Positions 10,490 through 19,826 of a DNA stretch of 64,000 bases are shown piece after piece. Below the pieces are notes generated by a model, which saw only the letters and a list, made by a program, of their open reading frames with translations, was not told the origin of the DNA and did no database searches. A program made the translations under genes and the position numbers. The number at the start of each line of letters is the position of its first letter. Position 1 is the first letter of the stretch. Origin of the DNA: Chlorobiaceae bacterium (lineage in GTDB: Bacteria; Bacteroidota; Chlorobiia; Chlorobiales; Chlorobiaceae). The stretch covers positions 31,067 to 95,066 of the forward strand of contig JAAXWS010000001.1 in assembly GCA_013334865.1 (NCBI GenBank), given 5' to 3'.

Positions 10490-11150
10490 AGAAGAGTATT
10501 TCGCAACAATAACAATCGCATCCGCAGAAGCGAATCCAGGGCTGACGCACCTCCACCAGATCAAGCCCGATAATTATAAACCAAATAATCAGGCATAACA
10601 GCAGTCATTTTCACGAACAGACACAAAACAACCAACCGCAATTATCATAAACATAAACAACACAAACAAAAACCATTACAACAAAGAAAATCCAAACCGA
10701 TCAATACAATATAAAACACTTCATACACAACCATCACGAACAATCTTACACAATCTAACAGAAATCGATGACGCCCAAAATGAAGACAGATGTGAATACT
10801 TACAAACAATTATATATCAATATATCTCATTAAACCATACCTTAGACAACAAGACTTTGTTTATTTTTTTTTAATCACTTATCCCAATCTGCCTCAACAT
10901 ATCTCGATGCTGTTACGACACCATAAATAAAGAAAAACAAATAACCATCAGCCGACAGTAAGGCGCACAACCATAGCTTTTAATCAAACTTATAACAGGC
11001 TTGATTACGCACATTATCACCGTTTTCACCAACCAGCAGAGTCATATTACGCAAACAATTACCAGCACCAGCCCATATCCGGCAGTAACGACAATACCTG
11101 ATTTCTTGAAATGATAAATCAGAGATATTGACCATATGGATACAGGTCAG
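10490..11150. other. ORF-free AT-rich, G-depleted (A/C-rich on + strand) intergenic island
   Basis: No track ORF of 60 aa or more lies between 10428 and 11128. I count 4 G and 16 T in the 120 nt 10621-10740, so 100 of 120 are A or C. There are in-phase AAN triplet runs and a T9 run near 10865. The flanking DNA is strongly GC-rich. Confidence 0.8.
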
Positions 11151-11201
11151 CAGAAATGGTTATCGAAGGCAGGAGACTCCCCTCCCCTGCCGGTTTTGCA
11201 A

Positions 11202-11228
11202 GGGAGGTTATGGGAGTAGAGGGGAGGG
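11202..11228 (+). other. G-quadruplex-type G-run motif, with a complementary C-rich tract at 11177-11188
   Basis: ggg-aggttat-ggg-agtaga-gggg-a-ggg gives four G-runs with loops of 7, 6 and 1 nt. ccctcccct (11180-11188) is the exact complement of aggggaggg (11220-11228), so a 9-bp hairpin with a 31-nt loop is the alternative fold. Confidence 0.4.
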
Positions 11229-11244
11229 CGAAGAACAGATTTCT

Positions 11245-11742
11245 TCAGCGGGAATGGCAGGCAGCGACAAGTTCGACTTCAACGCTCGCATCGAGGGGAA
11301 GGGCTGCGACGCCGACCGCGCTCCTCACATGGCGTCCCATTTCACCGAAGATTTCTGCGATAAGAGCGGACGCTCCGTTGGCAACGAGGTGCTGGTTGGT
11401 GAACCCTGGTTCGCTGGAAACATAGACCATCAACCTGACGATCCTGGAGATCGAGTCCAGGGAGCCGGCGGCCGACCTGAGGGCAGCCACGGCATTGATC
11501 GCGGCGATTCTTGCGGCCTTTGAGGCTGAATCCTGGCGCTCTTCATTCACGCAGCCTTTCCCGCCAGGCTCGACGAGCAGTCCGTCGACAAGCGGCAGCT
11601 GTCCTGAGGTATAAACGAGCTCCCCGATGCGGAGGGATGGCTGGTAAAGGCCCGCAGGCGCAGCCACTTCGGGCAGGAGGATTCCTGACCTGATGAGGGA
11701 CTCCTCGAATGATTCCATAAACTTAATGGGTTGTGGTTGCAT
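11245..11742 (-). CDS. RidA/YjgF/TdcF-family (endoribonuclease L-PSP-like) protein
   Basis: 165 aa, with an alternative ATG at 11718. The YjgF-like pattern is [20 protein letters not shown]...VRLMVYV...[11 protein letters not shown]. Confidence 0.75.
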   Translation of the reverse strand: MQPQPIKFMESFEESLIRSGILLPEVAAPAGLYQPSLRIGELVYTSGQLPLVDGLLVEPGGKGCVNEERQDSASKAARIAAINAVAALRSAAGSLDSISRIVRLMVYVSSEPGFTNQHLVANGASALIAEIFGEMGRHVRSAVGVAALPLDASVEVELVAACHSR

Positions 11743-11792
11743 TGTGATTACATGGAAAAATAGTTATCGTGCCTGAAATTCCGGCACATCGC

Positions 11793-12431
11793 ATGAAAAG
11801 AGTACATCCAGGGCTTCCCCGGATCATGATCGTCAGCAGCGGCCGCGAGCACCTTGATGCCGGCGGCCTGGTGGTGAAGCAGGCGGCGGCTTTATCGGAA
11901 TCGGAACCGGTACTCTTCCAGCTTAGGGAGAAGGGGCTTGAAGCGGCCCACCTGCTCGAGCTCGCCACCAGGATCAAACCGCTGCTCGATACGTCAGCAT
12001 CGAGGCTCATGATCAATGAACGGGCCGATATCGCCCTCCTGTCAGGCGCCTATGGCATTCACCTGCCGGAAAACGCATGTCCTGCCGACAGCATCCGGAG
12101 AACATTCCCCGGTCTGGTCGCCGGACAGAGCGCCCATAGCAGGGAGGCAGCTCTCGACAGCATGAGATCGGGTGTCGACTACCTGATCTACGGTCCGGTG
12201 TTCGCCACCCCCTTGAATGAGCGTTTCGGTCCCCCGAAGGGGCTCGAAGCACTCGGCAGGATCTGCCGCTCGGTGCGGATTCCGGTTTTCGCCGTCGGCG
12301 GGATCACCCCGGAAAGAAGCTTCGCCTGCATTGAACAGGGTGCCTGGGGGGTTGCCGCCATGGCGCCGTTCATCGATCCCGGCACACTCCGGAAAACCAT
12401 CACAACATTCAGATCGTACCTGCCATCATGA
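11793..12431 (+). CDS. Thiamine-phosphate synthase family protein (ThiE/TenI-like paralogue)
   Basis: TMP-TENI pattern [35 protein letters not shown] at 11793; the track ORF starts at GTG 11769. Its stop overlaps the next ATG in an ATGA junction at 12428-12431. Confidence 0.75.
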   Translation: MKRVHPGLPRIMIVSSGREHLDAGGLVVKQAAALSESEPVLFQLREKGLEAAHLLELATRIKPLLDTSASRLMINERADIALLSGAYGIHLPENACPADSIRRTFPGLVAGQSAHSREAALDSMRSGVDYLIYGPVFATPLNERFGPPKGLEALGRICRSVRIPVFAVGGITPERSFACIEQGAWGVAAMAPFIDPGTLRKTITTFRSYLPS

Positions 12432-13042
12432 AACTGCCCAGAAGATTCCTCTGCGTCATCACCGACGAACACCGATGCCCGGTCGAACTGGCGCGCATGG
12501 CCCTCGACGGCGGCGCCGCAATGCTGCAGCTGCGCAGGAAACAGGCGTCAGGCAGCGAACTCTTCGCATGGGCCATCCGGATCCAGGAGCTCTGCCGGCA
12601 GCACGATGCGATCTTCGTCGTCAACGACCGGCTCGACATCGCCATGGCGATGCATGCCGACGGGGTCCACCTGGGGCAGGACGACATCCCCGCCGCCACA
12701 GCCCGCGCCATGCTCGGACCGGACGCGATCGTCGGCGTCTCGGTATCCAATGTCGAGGAGGCCGGCAAAGCCCTTGCCGACGGTGCCGACTACCTTGGCC
12801 TCGGCCATATCTTCCCGACCGTTTCGAAGGACAAGCCGAATCCCCCGCTGGGTATTCCGATGATCGAATCGGTGAGAAAAGCCGTCGACCTGCCTATCGT
12901 GGCCATAGGCGGCATCGGAGCCGACAACGCCTGCGAGGTGATCGGGGCGGGGGCTTCCGGACTAGCGGTCATCTCGGCCGTCACGTCGGCCCCCGATCCG
13001 ACGGCAGCTACCAGAGAGCTGGTCAGAAGGGTCTGGCTATGA
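12428..13042 (+). CDS. thiE: Thiamine-phosphate synthase
   Basis: 204 aa with [44 protein letters not shown] and IVAIGGI. Confidence 0.85.
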   Translation: MKLPRRFLCVITDEHRCPVELARMALDGGAAMLQLRRKQASGSELFAWAIRIQELCRQHDAIFVVNDRLDIAMAMHADGVHLGQDDIPAATARAMLGPDAIVGVSVSNVEEAGKALADGADYLGLGHIFPTVSKDKPNPPLGIPMIESVRKAVDLPIVAIGGIGADNACEVIGAGASGLAVISAVTSAPDPTAATRELVRRVWL

Positions 13043-13869
13043 ATGTCATGAAAGACTATACCACGGTCCTGACGATCGCAGGATCGGACGGCAGCGGCGG
13101 GGCCGGGATCCAGGCGGACCTGAAGGCGATCGCCGCCTCGGGTTGCTACGGGCTGAGCGTCATCACGGCCGTGACCGCGCAGAACACGCTCGGAGTCATC
13201 GGGTCGCACCCCTTGCCGGCAGGGATCATCCGTGAACAGTTCGAGGCGATAGCCGACGATATCCGGATCGATGCGGTCAAGATCGGCATGCTCGGGTCGA
13301 CGGAGGCTGCAGAAACGGTCGCAGAGCTGTTGAAGACGCTCGAAGGGGTTCCGGTCGTCCTCGATACCGTTCTCCGCTCCACAGGCGGGAAAAGCCTGTT
13401 CCCGGCCTCCGAGGCGGCATCGATGAAGCGCCTGCTCTTCCCGCTCGCCACCCTGGTCACCCCGAACCTTCCGGAAACCGTCGCGCTCGCAGGATTGGAG
13501 CGACGCCCCTCGTCACCTGAACAGATCGAGCAGGCGGCACGACGCCTCCAGATGGAGGGTGCGCGATCGGTGCTGGTCAAGGGCGGCCATGGTGAGGGTG
13601 CCGAGTGCCGTGACTGCCTGCTGCACGAAGGCCGGTTCCACTGGTTCCCGAGCGAGTGGATCGAGACGGCCAACACGCATGGAACGGGCTGCACGCTCTC
13701 ATCGGCCATCGCGTCGCAGCTGGCCTCAGGTCAGGATATGGTCGAAGCGGTGGAAAAGGGGATCGCCTATACGAAGTGTGCACTGCAGGCGGGCGCATCA
13801 TGGCGCCTCGGGCACGGCCATGGCCCCCTGCAGCACTTTTTTGGTCGACAGGCAACAGAAAGAAGCTGA
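13039..13869 (+). CDS. thiD: Hydroxymethylpyrimidine/phosphomethylpyrimidine kinase
   Basis: 276 aa from the ATG at 13039, which forms an ATGA overlap with the thiE stop. Motifs are [19 protein letters not shown] and [12 protein letters not shown]. The track ORF from 12217 is an out-of-frame read-through of thiE. Confidence 0.9.
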   Translation: MNVMKDYTTVLTIAGSDGSGGAGIQADLKAIAASGCYGLSVITAVTAQNTLGVIGSHPLPAGIIREQFEAIADDIRIDAVKIGMLGSTEAAETVAELLKTLEGVPVVLDTVLRSTGGKSLFPASEAASMKRLLFPLATLVTPNLPETVALAGLERRPSSPEQIEQAARRLQMEGARSVLVKGGHGEGAECRDCLLHEGRFHWFPSEWIETANTHGTGCTLSSAIASQLASGQDMVEAVEKGIAYTKCALQAGASWRLGHGHGPLQHFFGRQATERS

Positions 13870-13890
13870 ACGGACCGCAACCAGATAATT

Positions 13891-13920
13891 CGATAGCGAT
13901 TTCGATACCGATAGCGATTT
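13891..13920. repeat. Five tandem CGATNN hexamers (equivalently a 12-mer cgatagcgattt repeated twice, 18 bp apart)
   Basis: cgatag cgattt cgatac cgatag cgattt, in the gap between the convergent thiD (stop 13869) and ugd (stop 13982). Confidence 0.85.
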
Positions 13921-13981
13921 GGAGGGAGAACATCCTCATCGTCCTTGATGTCCCTGGCCTCCCTGCTGTCCACGCTCTTTC

Positions 13982-15316
13982 TTAAGCGAGTCGGGGCAGA
14001 CGGCCGATCGAGTAGTAGGTGAAGCCGAGCTGCTCCATGAAATCGGGATTGTAGATGTTCCGGCCGTCGAAGATGACCGGCTGGCGGAGCTCCTGTTTGA
14101 TCTGATCGAAATCGGGACTGCGGAAAACCATCCATTCGGTCATGATGACGAGCGCGTCGGCACCTTTCACCGCCTCTTCGGGATGCCCGGCATATACGAG
14201 GCCCTCCCGATCCCCGTAGAGTCTCCTTGCCTCTTCCATGGCGACCGGGTCGTAGGCCCGGATGACGGCCCCTGCCGTGAGAAGCTCTTCGATAACGATG
14301 CGGCTCGGAGCCTCGCGCATGTCGTCGGTATTGGGCTTGAACGAGAGCCCCCACAACGCGATCACCCGCCCCTTCAGCTCACCCCCGAAATGGGTGCGGA
14401 TCTTTTCCACCATGCTGAGCTTCTGGTCGTGGTTGACCGCCTCGACCGCCTGCAGGATGCGGGCATCGTATCCCTGCTTCCTTGCTGTGCGCTCGAGGGC
14501 CTGGACATCCTTCGGGAAGCAGGAGCCTCCGTAACCGACACCAGGGTAGATGAACGCAAAGCCGATCCTCGAATCGGATCCGATGCCTTTGCGGACCGCC
14601 TCGACATCGGCGCCAACCCGTTCCGCGATGTTGGCGATCTCGTTCATGAAGCTGATCTTGGTGGCGAGCATAGCGTTCGCCGCGTATTTGGTCAGTTCTG
14701 CAGAACGGATGTCCATGGCGATGAAACGCTCATGGCTGCGGTTGAATGGCGAATAGAGGTTACGCAGCAGCTCCTTGGTCCTCGGGTTGTCCACCCCGAC
14801 GACGATACGCTCCGGCTTCATGAAGTCGTCGACCGCGTCACCCTCTTTCAGGAACTCGGGGTTGGACACCACGTCGAAATCGATATCGACGCCCCTCTTC
14901 GCAAGTACCGAGCCGACCTTCTCCCGCACAAGGTCGGCCGTCCCGACCGGGACCGTCGACTTGTTGATGACGATGCGGTAATCCTTCATGTGCCGGCCGA
15001 TGCTTTCAGCCACGCTCAGCACATGGCTGAGGTCCGCCGAACCGTCCTCGTCGGGCGGCGTGCCCACGGCGATGAACTGGTACAGGCCGAATTCGACCCC
15101 TTTTTCGATATCGGAGGTGAACTTCAGGCGCCCCTCTCGGACGTTTTCGATGACGATATCCTCGAGGCCCGGCTCGTAGATCGGGATCTCCCCCTGCTTG
15201 AGCCTCGAAATCTTCGCTTCGTCGATGTCGACGCACAGCACGTCGTTGCCGACTTCGGCAAAACAGGAACCGGTCACGAGTCCGACATATCCGGTCCCGA
15301 AAATGGTGATCTTCAT
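13982..15316 (-). CDS. ugd: UDP-glucose 6-dehydrogenase
   Basis: 444 aa with the N-terminal Rossmann [16 protein letters not shown], the catalytic-Cys region [10 protein letters not shown] and the C-terminal UDPG_MGDP_dh domain pattern. Confidence 0.9.
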   Translation of the reverse strand: MKITIFGTGYVGLVTGSCFAEVGNDVLCVDIDEAKISRLKQGEIPIYEPGLEDIVIENVREGRLKFTSDIEKGVEFGLYQFIAVGTPPDEDGSADLSHVLSVAESIGRHMKDYRIVINKSTVPVGTADLVREKVGSVLAKRGVDIDFDVVSNPEFLKEGDAVDDFMKPERIVVGVDNPRTKELLRNLYSPFNRSHERFIAMDIRSAELTKYAANAMLATKISFMNEIANIAERVGADVEAVRKGIGSDSRIGFAFIYPGVGYGGSCFPKDVQALERTARKQGYDARILQAVEAVNHDQKLSMVEKIRTHFGGELKGRVIALWGLSFKPNTDDMREAPSRIVIEELLTAGAVIRAYDPVAMEEARRLYGDREGLVYAGHPEEAVKGADALVIMTEWMVFRSPDFDQIKQELRQPVIFDGRNIYNPDFMEQLGFTYYSIGRLPRLA

Positions 15317-15412
15317 GCAAAACCCTTTTTTTATTTCAAATCCCGCAGCCGGACAGGCAACGCGCGTCGGTACGGCTATCGAAAACTTCGACGGGCAGAT
15401 CGGCTCAGGCCG

Positions 15413-16261
15413 TCAATCCCTGACGATGATCAGGCATCGCGACTTCTTCCAGAACTCGGAGGGATCCTTGATCAGCAGCACCGTCGAGGTTCCGCCGCCG
15501 ACCAGTTCGTAGGCGCCCTTCGAATGCGGCGTGAGGATATGGAGGCTCTTTGCAGGCCTGTCGAAAAAGATGTCGCCGGTCTCGGTGACATCGATCTGCC
15601 TGAAGGCCCGGGTATCGAAATCGCTCGAGACGACCGGGGCGGTGCCGAAAAACTTCGCGAGCGCACCCGGCTTGACGAGAATCCCCTTAGCCGCCAGCTG
15701 GTCCACCGTTCCGACGATGTAATAGGCCGTCGACATGCGGTCCTCCTGGTCGCTGATGACCTCGTCCATTACGTCGACCGTCGACGAAAGCCTGGAAAGC
15801 TCGCTGTTGAGCTTCGAAATCTCTCCTTTCATGCCGGCAATCTCCTTGCTGCGGGCCTCGAGGTCTCCTTTCAGCTCGCGGGTCAGGCGGTCGAGTGACT
15901 CGACCTTGTAGGCAGATGACCGGTTGTCGCTTTCGAGTTTGCTGACCAGGGCCTGGCTCGCCGTCAGCGTCGAATCGAGGTAGCGGATGTTGCCGTAGAT
16001 CTGCTTGCCGATCTTATCGGCGTTCACCTCCTCGCGTCCTTCGATATCGGACGACAGGCGTTCGACAACCGCCTCCTTCTGCCTGATCCGGCCCAGGTTC
16101 TTCTGGACCTGCAGCAGAATGGCCATCATCGACTCGACATGCTGGCGCTGCTCGTCGCGCTTCTGTTCCTCCGGCTTGCAGGCGACGATCCCGGATGAAA
16201 TCGCAGCCAGCAGGAGCAGGCCCAATGGGCGTTTCACGGATTTCAAAGCCATTCTATCCAT
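15413..16261 (-). CDS. Lipoprotein with long coiled-coil region, function unknown
   Basis: ATG at 16259-16261 ([28 protein letters not shown] lipobox). It has heptad-like segments and high-GC3 codon usage. An alternative ATG lies at 16252. Confidence 0.65.
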   Translation of the reverse strand: MDRMALKSVKRPLGLLLLAAISSGIVACKPEEQKRDEQRQHVESMMAILLQVQKNLGRIRQKEAVVERLSSDIEGREEVNADKIGKQIYGNIRYLDSTLTASQALVSKLESDNRSSAYKVESLDRLTRELKGDLEARSKEIAGMKGEISKLNSELSRLSSTVDVMDEVISDQEDRMSTAYYIVGTVDQLAAKGILVKPGALAKFFGTAPVVSSDFDTRAFRQIDVTETGDIFFDRPAKSLHILTPHSKGAYELVGGGTSTVLLIKDPSEFWKKSRCLIIVRD

Positions 16262-16947
16262 CGTTCGATTCCCTCTTTGGTGCCGTACCACCGGGTATGG
16301 GGTGTCGGCAAATGCTCGGTTTCGGATATAGTAACATTTTCGGCCCCATCAAGAAAACAGCTTTTTGCCGGAACGATGCCGTCGCCGGCCACATCACCGT
16401 CGTCAGCGACGCTCCTGTAGAACATGTAGCAGAGCTTCTCCGTGACGTTCCCGCCCAGGGCTCCCCTGTACTGGTCGCTCACGACCGAGACGACCGGATA
16501 TCTCCTGAAGAAATCTGGTACGATATGGCTGAAGATAAAATCCGTCTTGATTTTCGCGAAACGTTCATGCGTATGGTACGGCGTACCCAGTGTCACCAGG
16601 CGTCCGACCATGCCGTCTACCCGGTAGACGTCTCCCTGGAAGGGTTGCTGCAGCAGGTAGACCATCGCGATCGTACCGCCCCCGCTGTGGCCGACGATGG
16701 TCACCGGTTCGCCGGGAAAACGCCGGGCCATGTCGCGGACGGTCCTGTGCAGCGAGGCCATCACCCTGTTGGTAGAACGCTCCGGAGAGGGCGGAAAACC
16801 GACCCAATCCACCAGGTTGACGGGCACGATGGCGATCTTCTCCTTCGGGACCCATTCGGCAAGGGCATCCCGCATCACCTCATAGAGAGAATCCCAGAAA
16901 AGGACCCCGGGGATGATCACCACCGGATTCTGTCTCACCGATGCCAT
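16243..16947 (-). CDS. Alpha/beta-hydrolase-fold protein (lipase/esterase-like)
   Basis: 234 aa with the nucleophile elbow [13 protein letters not shown] at 16945-16947. Confidence 0.7.
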   Translation of the reverse strand: MASVRQNPVVIIPGVLFWDSLYEVMRDALAEWVPKEKIAIVPVNLVDWVGFPPSPERSTNRVMASLHRTVRDMARRFPGEPVTIVGHSGGGTIAMVYLLQQPFQGDVYRVDGMVGRLVTLGTPYHTHERFAKIKTDFIFSHIVPDFFRRYPVVSVVSDQYRGALGGNVTEKLCYMFYRSVADDGDVAGDGIVPAKSCFLDGAENVTISETEHLPTPHTRWYGTKEGIERWIEWL

Positions 16948-17093
16948 AATACAGCGATGTTTGTGTTGAAGAAACCCGTCTCCTGTAAATTGTCACTTTT
17001 CGAATAGGTCGTATCGGTCCAAGAGGTCCCATGGGCAGAGATCAAAGAAACACATCTCCCCATTCTTCTTCCTGTCACTCGTCATCCATCACT

Positions 17094-17126
17094 GTGACGC
17101 GTAATCAGTCATGAGTTACGGGTCAC
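17094..17126 (-). terminator. Hairpin just downstream of the pepA stop (no U-tail)
   Basis: gtgacgcgtaa-11 nt-ttacgggtcac pairs at 10 of 11 positions. It overlaps the repeated GTGACGCGT motif. Confidence 0.4.
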
Positions 17127-17139
17127 GCGTCACGTTTTC

Positions 17140-18687
17140 TCACGCCCACGACCGCAACAGGTCCGCAAGCAGGCGCACGCCGAAACCGGTGCCTCCCGAG
17201 AGCCCCCCGCCCTTGGCCGCGAAAGCCGGGCCGGCGATGTCGATATGCGCCCAGTGCTTGTGCCCTTCGACGAAGTTCTCAAGGAATTTCGCAGCCGTGA
17301 TCGTTCCGGCCCCCTTGCTGCCGGTATTGCTCACATCGGCGACGTCCGACTTGATCTGCTCGGCATATTCGTCCCAGAGCGGAAGGCGCCAGACCTTCTC
17401 TCCTGTGGCCTGGCCCGACCTGGAAATCTCTTCGGCGAGGCCGTCGTCATTGCTGAAAAGGCCTGCGACCTTCATGCCGAGCGCGACGATGCAGGCTCCG
17501 GTCAGGGTCGCCAGGTCGATGATCACGTCGGGATCGAACTCCCTTTTGGCGTAGGTAAGCGCATCGGCGAGGATCAGGCGACCTTCGGCATCGGTGTTCC
17601 CGACCTCGACGCTGATGCCCGACATCGTGGTGATGACGTCGCCCGGCTTCATCGCCGAACCGGCAGGCATATTGTCCGTCGCGGGAATCAGGCCGACGAC
17701 CCTGAGCGGGAGCCCGAGCGTCGAAACAGCCTCCAGGACACCGATCACGCAGGCTGCGCCCGCCATATCGCTCTTCATTTCGTCCATACCGGCCGAAGGC
17801 TTGATCGAGATGCCGCCGGAATCGAAGGTGATTCCCTTGCCTACAAGAACGACCGTCTTCCGGGCCTTCCCTTCAGGCCGGTAATCCATGATCGTGAAGG
17901 TAGGAGGCTGTTCGCTCCCCTTGTTCACGGAGAGTAGGCCGCCCATGCCCAGTTCGGTGATCTTCTTCCTGTCGAACACCGTCACGTCGAACGCTCCGCG
18001 CTTTCCGGCTTCCCGGGCGGCCTCTGCCAGCTCTTCTGCCGACAGGTGGTTTCCCGGAAGATTGACCAGATCCCTCGCCACGTTCTGGCAGGTACCGATC
18101 ACCCGGCCGGCATCGGCCCCCGTTTCCACATCGGCCGCATGGCTGCCGCAACCGGCGAGCACCAGCGCTTCGACCGTCTTCGGCTTCCCGTCCCCCTGCT
18201 TGTCCTTCTCCTTGTCGAGTTTGCCGCTTTTCAGGCGGTCGAAACGATATGAGCCGGAAACAACCCCCTCGACGATTACGCCCGCCAGGTATTCCGGGGT
18301 GCGCTTCGCATGTTTCGCCCACTCTCCGATACCGGCGCAGTCCAGGGCCACGACGCCGCAATGGAGCTCCCCGGCCTTGCGCGACAAGGCTTCCGCAGCC
18401 TTGCGGAAATCGTCGTTCGTACGCCCTTCGCCGATACCGAGCAGCGCGACCCTGGAGGCCCCCTTGCCGGTTCGGTAGGCCATGGCGATCTCGCCGGCGC
18501 CCCCCTTGAAATCGTTCAGCACGCCCGGGTCGATCCCCAGCGGCTGCAGGGCGGCGGGGCCGTTTTTCTTCAGCTCTTTCGATCCCATAGGCAGGGCGAG
18601 AAGATCAGCTTTCACCGGCGCGGCCGGTTTTGATGTCACGTCGATGCGGATTCCGGATGCAGGAGGGGTTCCCGTTTTTTTCGTCAT
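17140..18687 (-). CDS. pepA: Leucyl aminopeptidase (M17)
   Basis: Metal-binding and catalytic motifs VGKGITFDSGGISIKP and NTDAEGRLILADAL. ATG at 18685-18687 (MTKKTGTPPASG...); the track ORF extends to 18750. Confidence 0.9.
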   Translation of the reverse strand: MTKKTGTPPASGIRIDVTSKPAAPVKADLLALPMGSKELKKNGPAALQPLGIDPGVLNDFKGGAGEIAMAYRTGKGASRVALLGIGEGRTNDDFRKAAEALSRKAGELHCGVVALDCAGIGEWAKHAKRTPEYLAGVIVEGVVSGSYRFDRLKSGKLDKEKDKQGDGKPKTVEALVLAGCGSHAADVETGADAGRVIGTCQNVARDLVNLPGNHLSAEELAEAAREAGKRGAFDVTVFDRKKITELGMGGLLSVNKGSEQPPTFTIMDYRPEGKARKTVVLVGKGITFDSGGISIKPSAGMDEMKSDMAGAACVIGVLEAVSTLGLPLRVVGLIPATDNMPAGSAMKPGDVITTMSGISVEVGNTDAEGRLILADALTYAKREFDPDVIIDLATLTGACIVALGMKVAGLFSNDDGLAEEISRSGQATGEKVWRLPLWDEYAEQIKSDVADVSNTGSKGAGTITAAKFLENFVEGHKHWAHIDIAGPAFAAKGGGLSGGTGFGVRLLADLLRSWA

Positions 18688-18937
18688 GGCAGGAAGAATG
18701 ATGCTTGTTTTGTTCAGGTTGAAACGAGTTTCGCGCCCGATGTCGGGCATAAGGCAATAACCGCCGGCCTCACTGTCAATTACCCTTTAACTCATCAAAT
18801 TACCAATTTTCCCGTCATTTTGTTGCCCGGCTCCGCTCCGGCGGCAACAAATAATCAAAGAAATTCACAACAAAGCTCAACAAATGAGGATTTCGCATTC
18901 AGGAGAGACGCCAACGGCAAGGTACGGGAAACAGCCT

Positions 18938-19669
18938 TCACGGGCGGCAGATCCTGCAGGGGCGGTAACCCGCCGCGATGGCCGATGCCCGGCTGCCGAA
19001 TCCTGCAGTGCAGTTCGGTGCATCGAAATTACGGCATCCTGCCTTATGGAAGAGATGGCTTGCCGTGTTTCCCCGATATGGCTCCAGGGATGATGACCGG
19101 ACATTTGAGGGCAAGGATGGAGGCTGCGAAAACCGTCCGGACCCGGCAAGACGCTTCTCCCTGCGGAACGACCACGGCGGCACCGGAGCCGGATCGGCCC
19201 AAAGTCCACGGCGGGCCCGACGCGCCTCGCTTTCGAGAGCGGCAAGGCGAGGGTCGTTCGAATAGGCGCGGTAGTGCCAGGCAAGTCCGGCGCGAAGCAT
19301 CTCCTCGTTCAGGGAGCGGCCACCCACGGCCACCCGGCCGATCGTGCGGCCATAGCGGTCGGTGCCGAGCCGTTCGAGCAGAGCTTCGCGCCCGTAGACG
19401 ATCGATGACGCATACTGTTTGGCCTTCTGGCCGAACGGCTGCACCTTCTCGGGTGCATCGATACCGTAGAGGCGTACTTTCTCAGGACCTCCTTCCATGA
19501 GCAGGGTGACGGTATCTCCGTCGCTGACGCCGACGCAGCGCCCCACGGCCGCCGGTGCGGCCGCAAATGCTGGCGGAAGAAAATGGAGCAGGAGGACAAG
19601 CACCGCGGCCACGAGGCGGCTGAATCGTCGATATGGCCTTCCGGTGACGGGAAGAACTGCTGAGGACAT
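18938..19669 (-). CDS. Secreted staphylococcal-nuclease (SNase/thermonuclease) homologue with C-terminal Cys-rich Ada-like metal-binding tail
   Basis: It has an N-terminal hydrophobic signal (LVAAVLVLLLHFLPPAFA). The SNase motifs are VSDGDTV, RLYGIDAPE and DRYGRTIG. The tail reads HLFHKAGCRNFDAPNCTAGF...GYRPCRICRP. Confidence 0.8.
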   Translation of the reverse strand: MSSAVLPVTGRPYRRFSRLVAAVLVLLLHFLPPAFAAAPAAVGRCVGVSDGDTVTLLMEGGPEKVRLYGIDAPEKVQPFGQKAKQYASSIVYGREALLERLGTDRYGRTIGRVAVGGRSLNEEMLRAGLAWHYRAYSNDPRLAALESEARRARRGLWADPAPVPPWSFRREKRLAGSGRFSQPPSLPSNVRSSSLEPYRGNTASHLFHKAGCRNFDAPNCTAGFGSRASAIAAGYRPCRICRP

Positions 19670-19826
19670 GCTTCGAGAGAACTGCTGCGGTTATCGAGAG
19701 GGGGGAATTGGTGAAGATAGCGAAACCTGAGCAGTAATCGCGGGGTATTGAAGTAGATTGAGTATCGGTATGGCAGCCCTGACACCGTTCAGGAACACGC
19801 TGCCGCAAGTGTGCTGGTGAAGAGAA

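Noticed and set aside
10428-10598. 56-codon ORF (MMRSANQGCQPRNRVPLVYRREEYFATITIASAEANPGLTHLHQIKPDNYKPNNQA) at the left edge of the island.
   Set aside because: Its third codon positions are AT-rich and mixed, unlike every credible gene here. There is no Shine-Dalgarno sequence, the composition looks non-coding, and it begins inside a repeat-like motif.
10808-10835. dif (XerC/D) site in caattatatatcaatatatctcattaaacc.
   Set aside because: It shows only vague AT-rich palindromy. It lacks the conserved TTATG-N-AAAT XerD arm and a GC-containing XerC arm as I remember the consensus.
10490-11150. Chromosomal replication origin (oriC) in the AT-rich island.
   Set aside because: I found no perfect TTATCCACA/TGTGGATAA DnaA box. 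The best sites have 2-3 mismatches: ttatcccaa near 10879, tatggatac near 11134 and ttatcaccg near 11014. No dnaA, dnaN or gidA is nearby and there is no clear AT-rich 13-mer array. It cannot be fully excluded without a genome-wide GC-skew plot.
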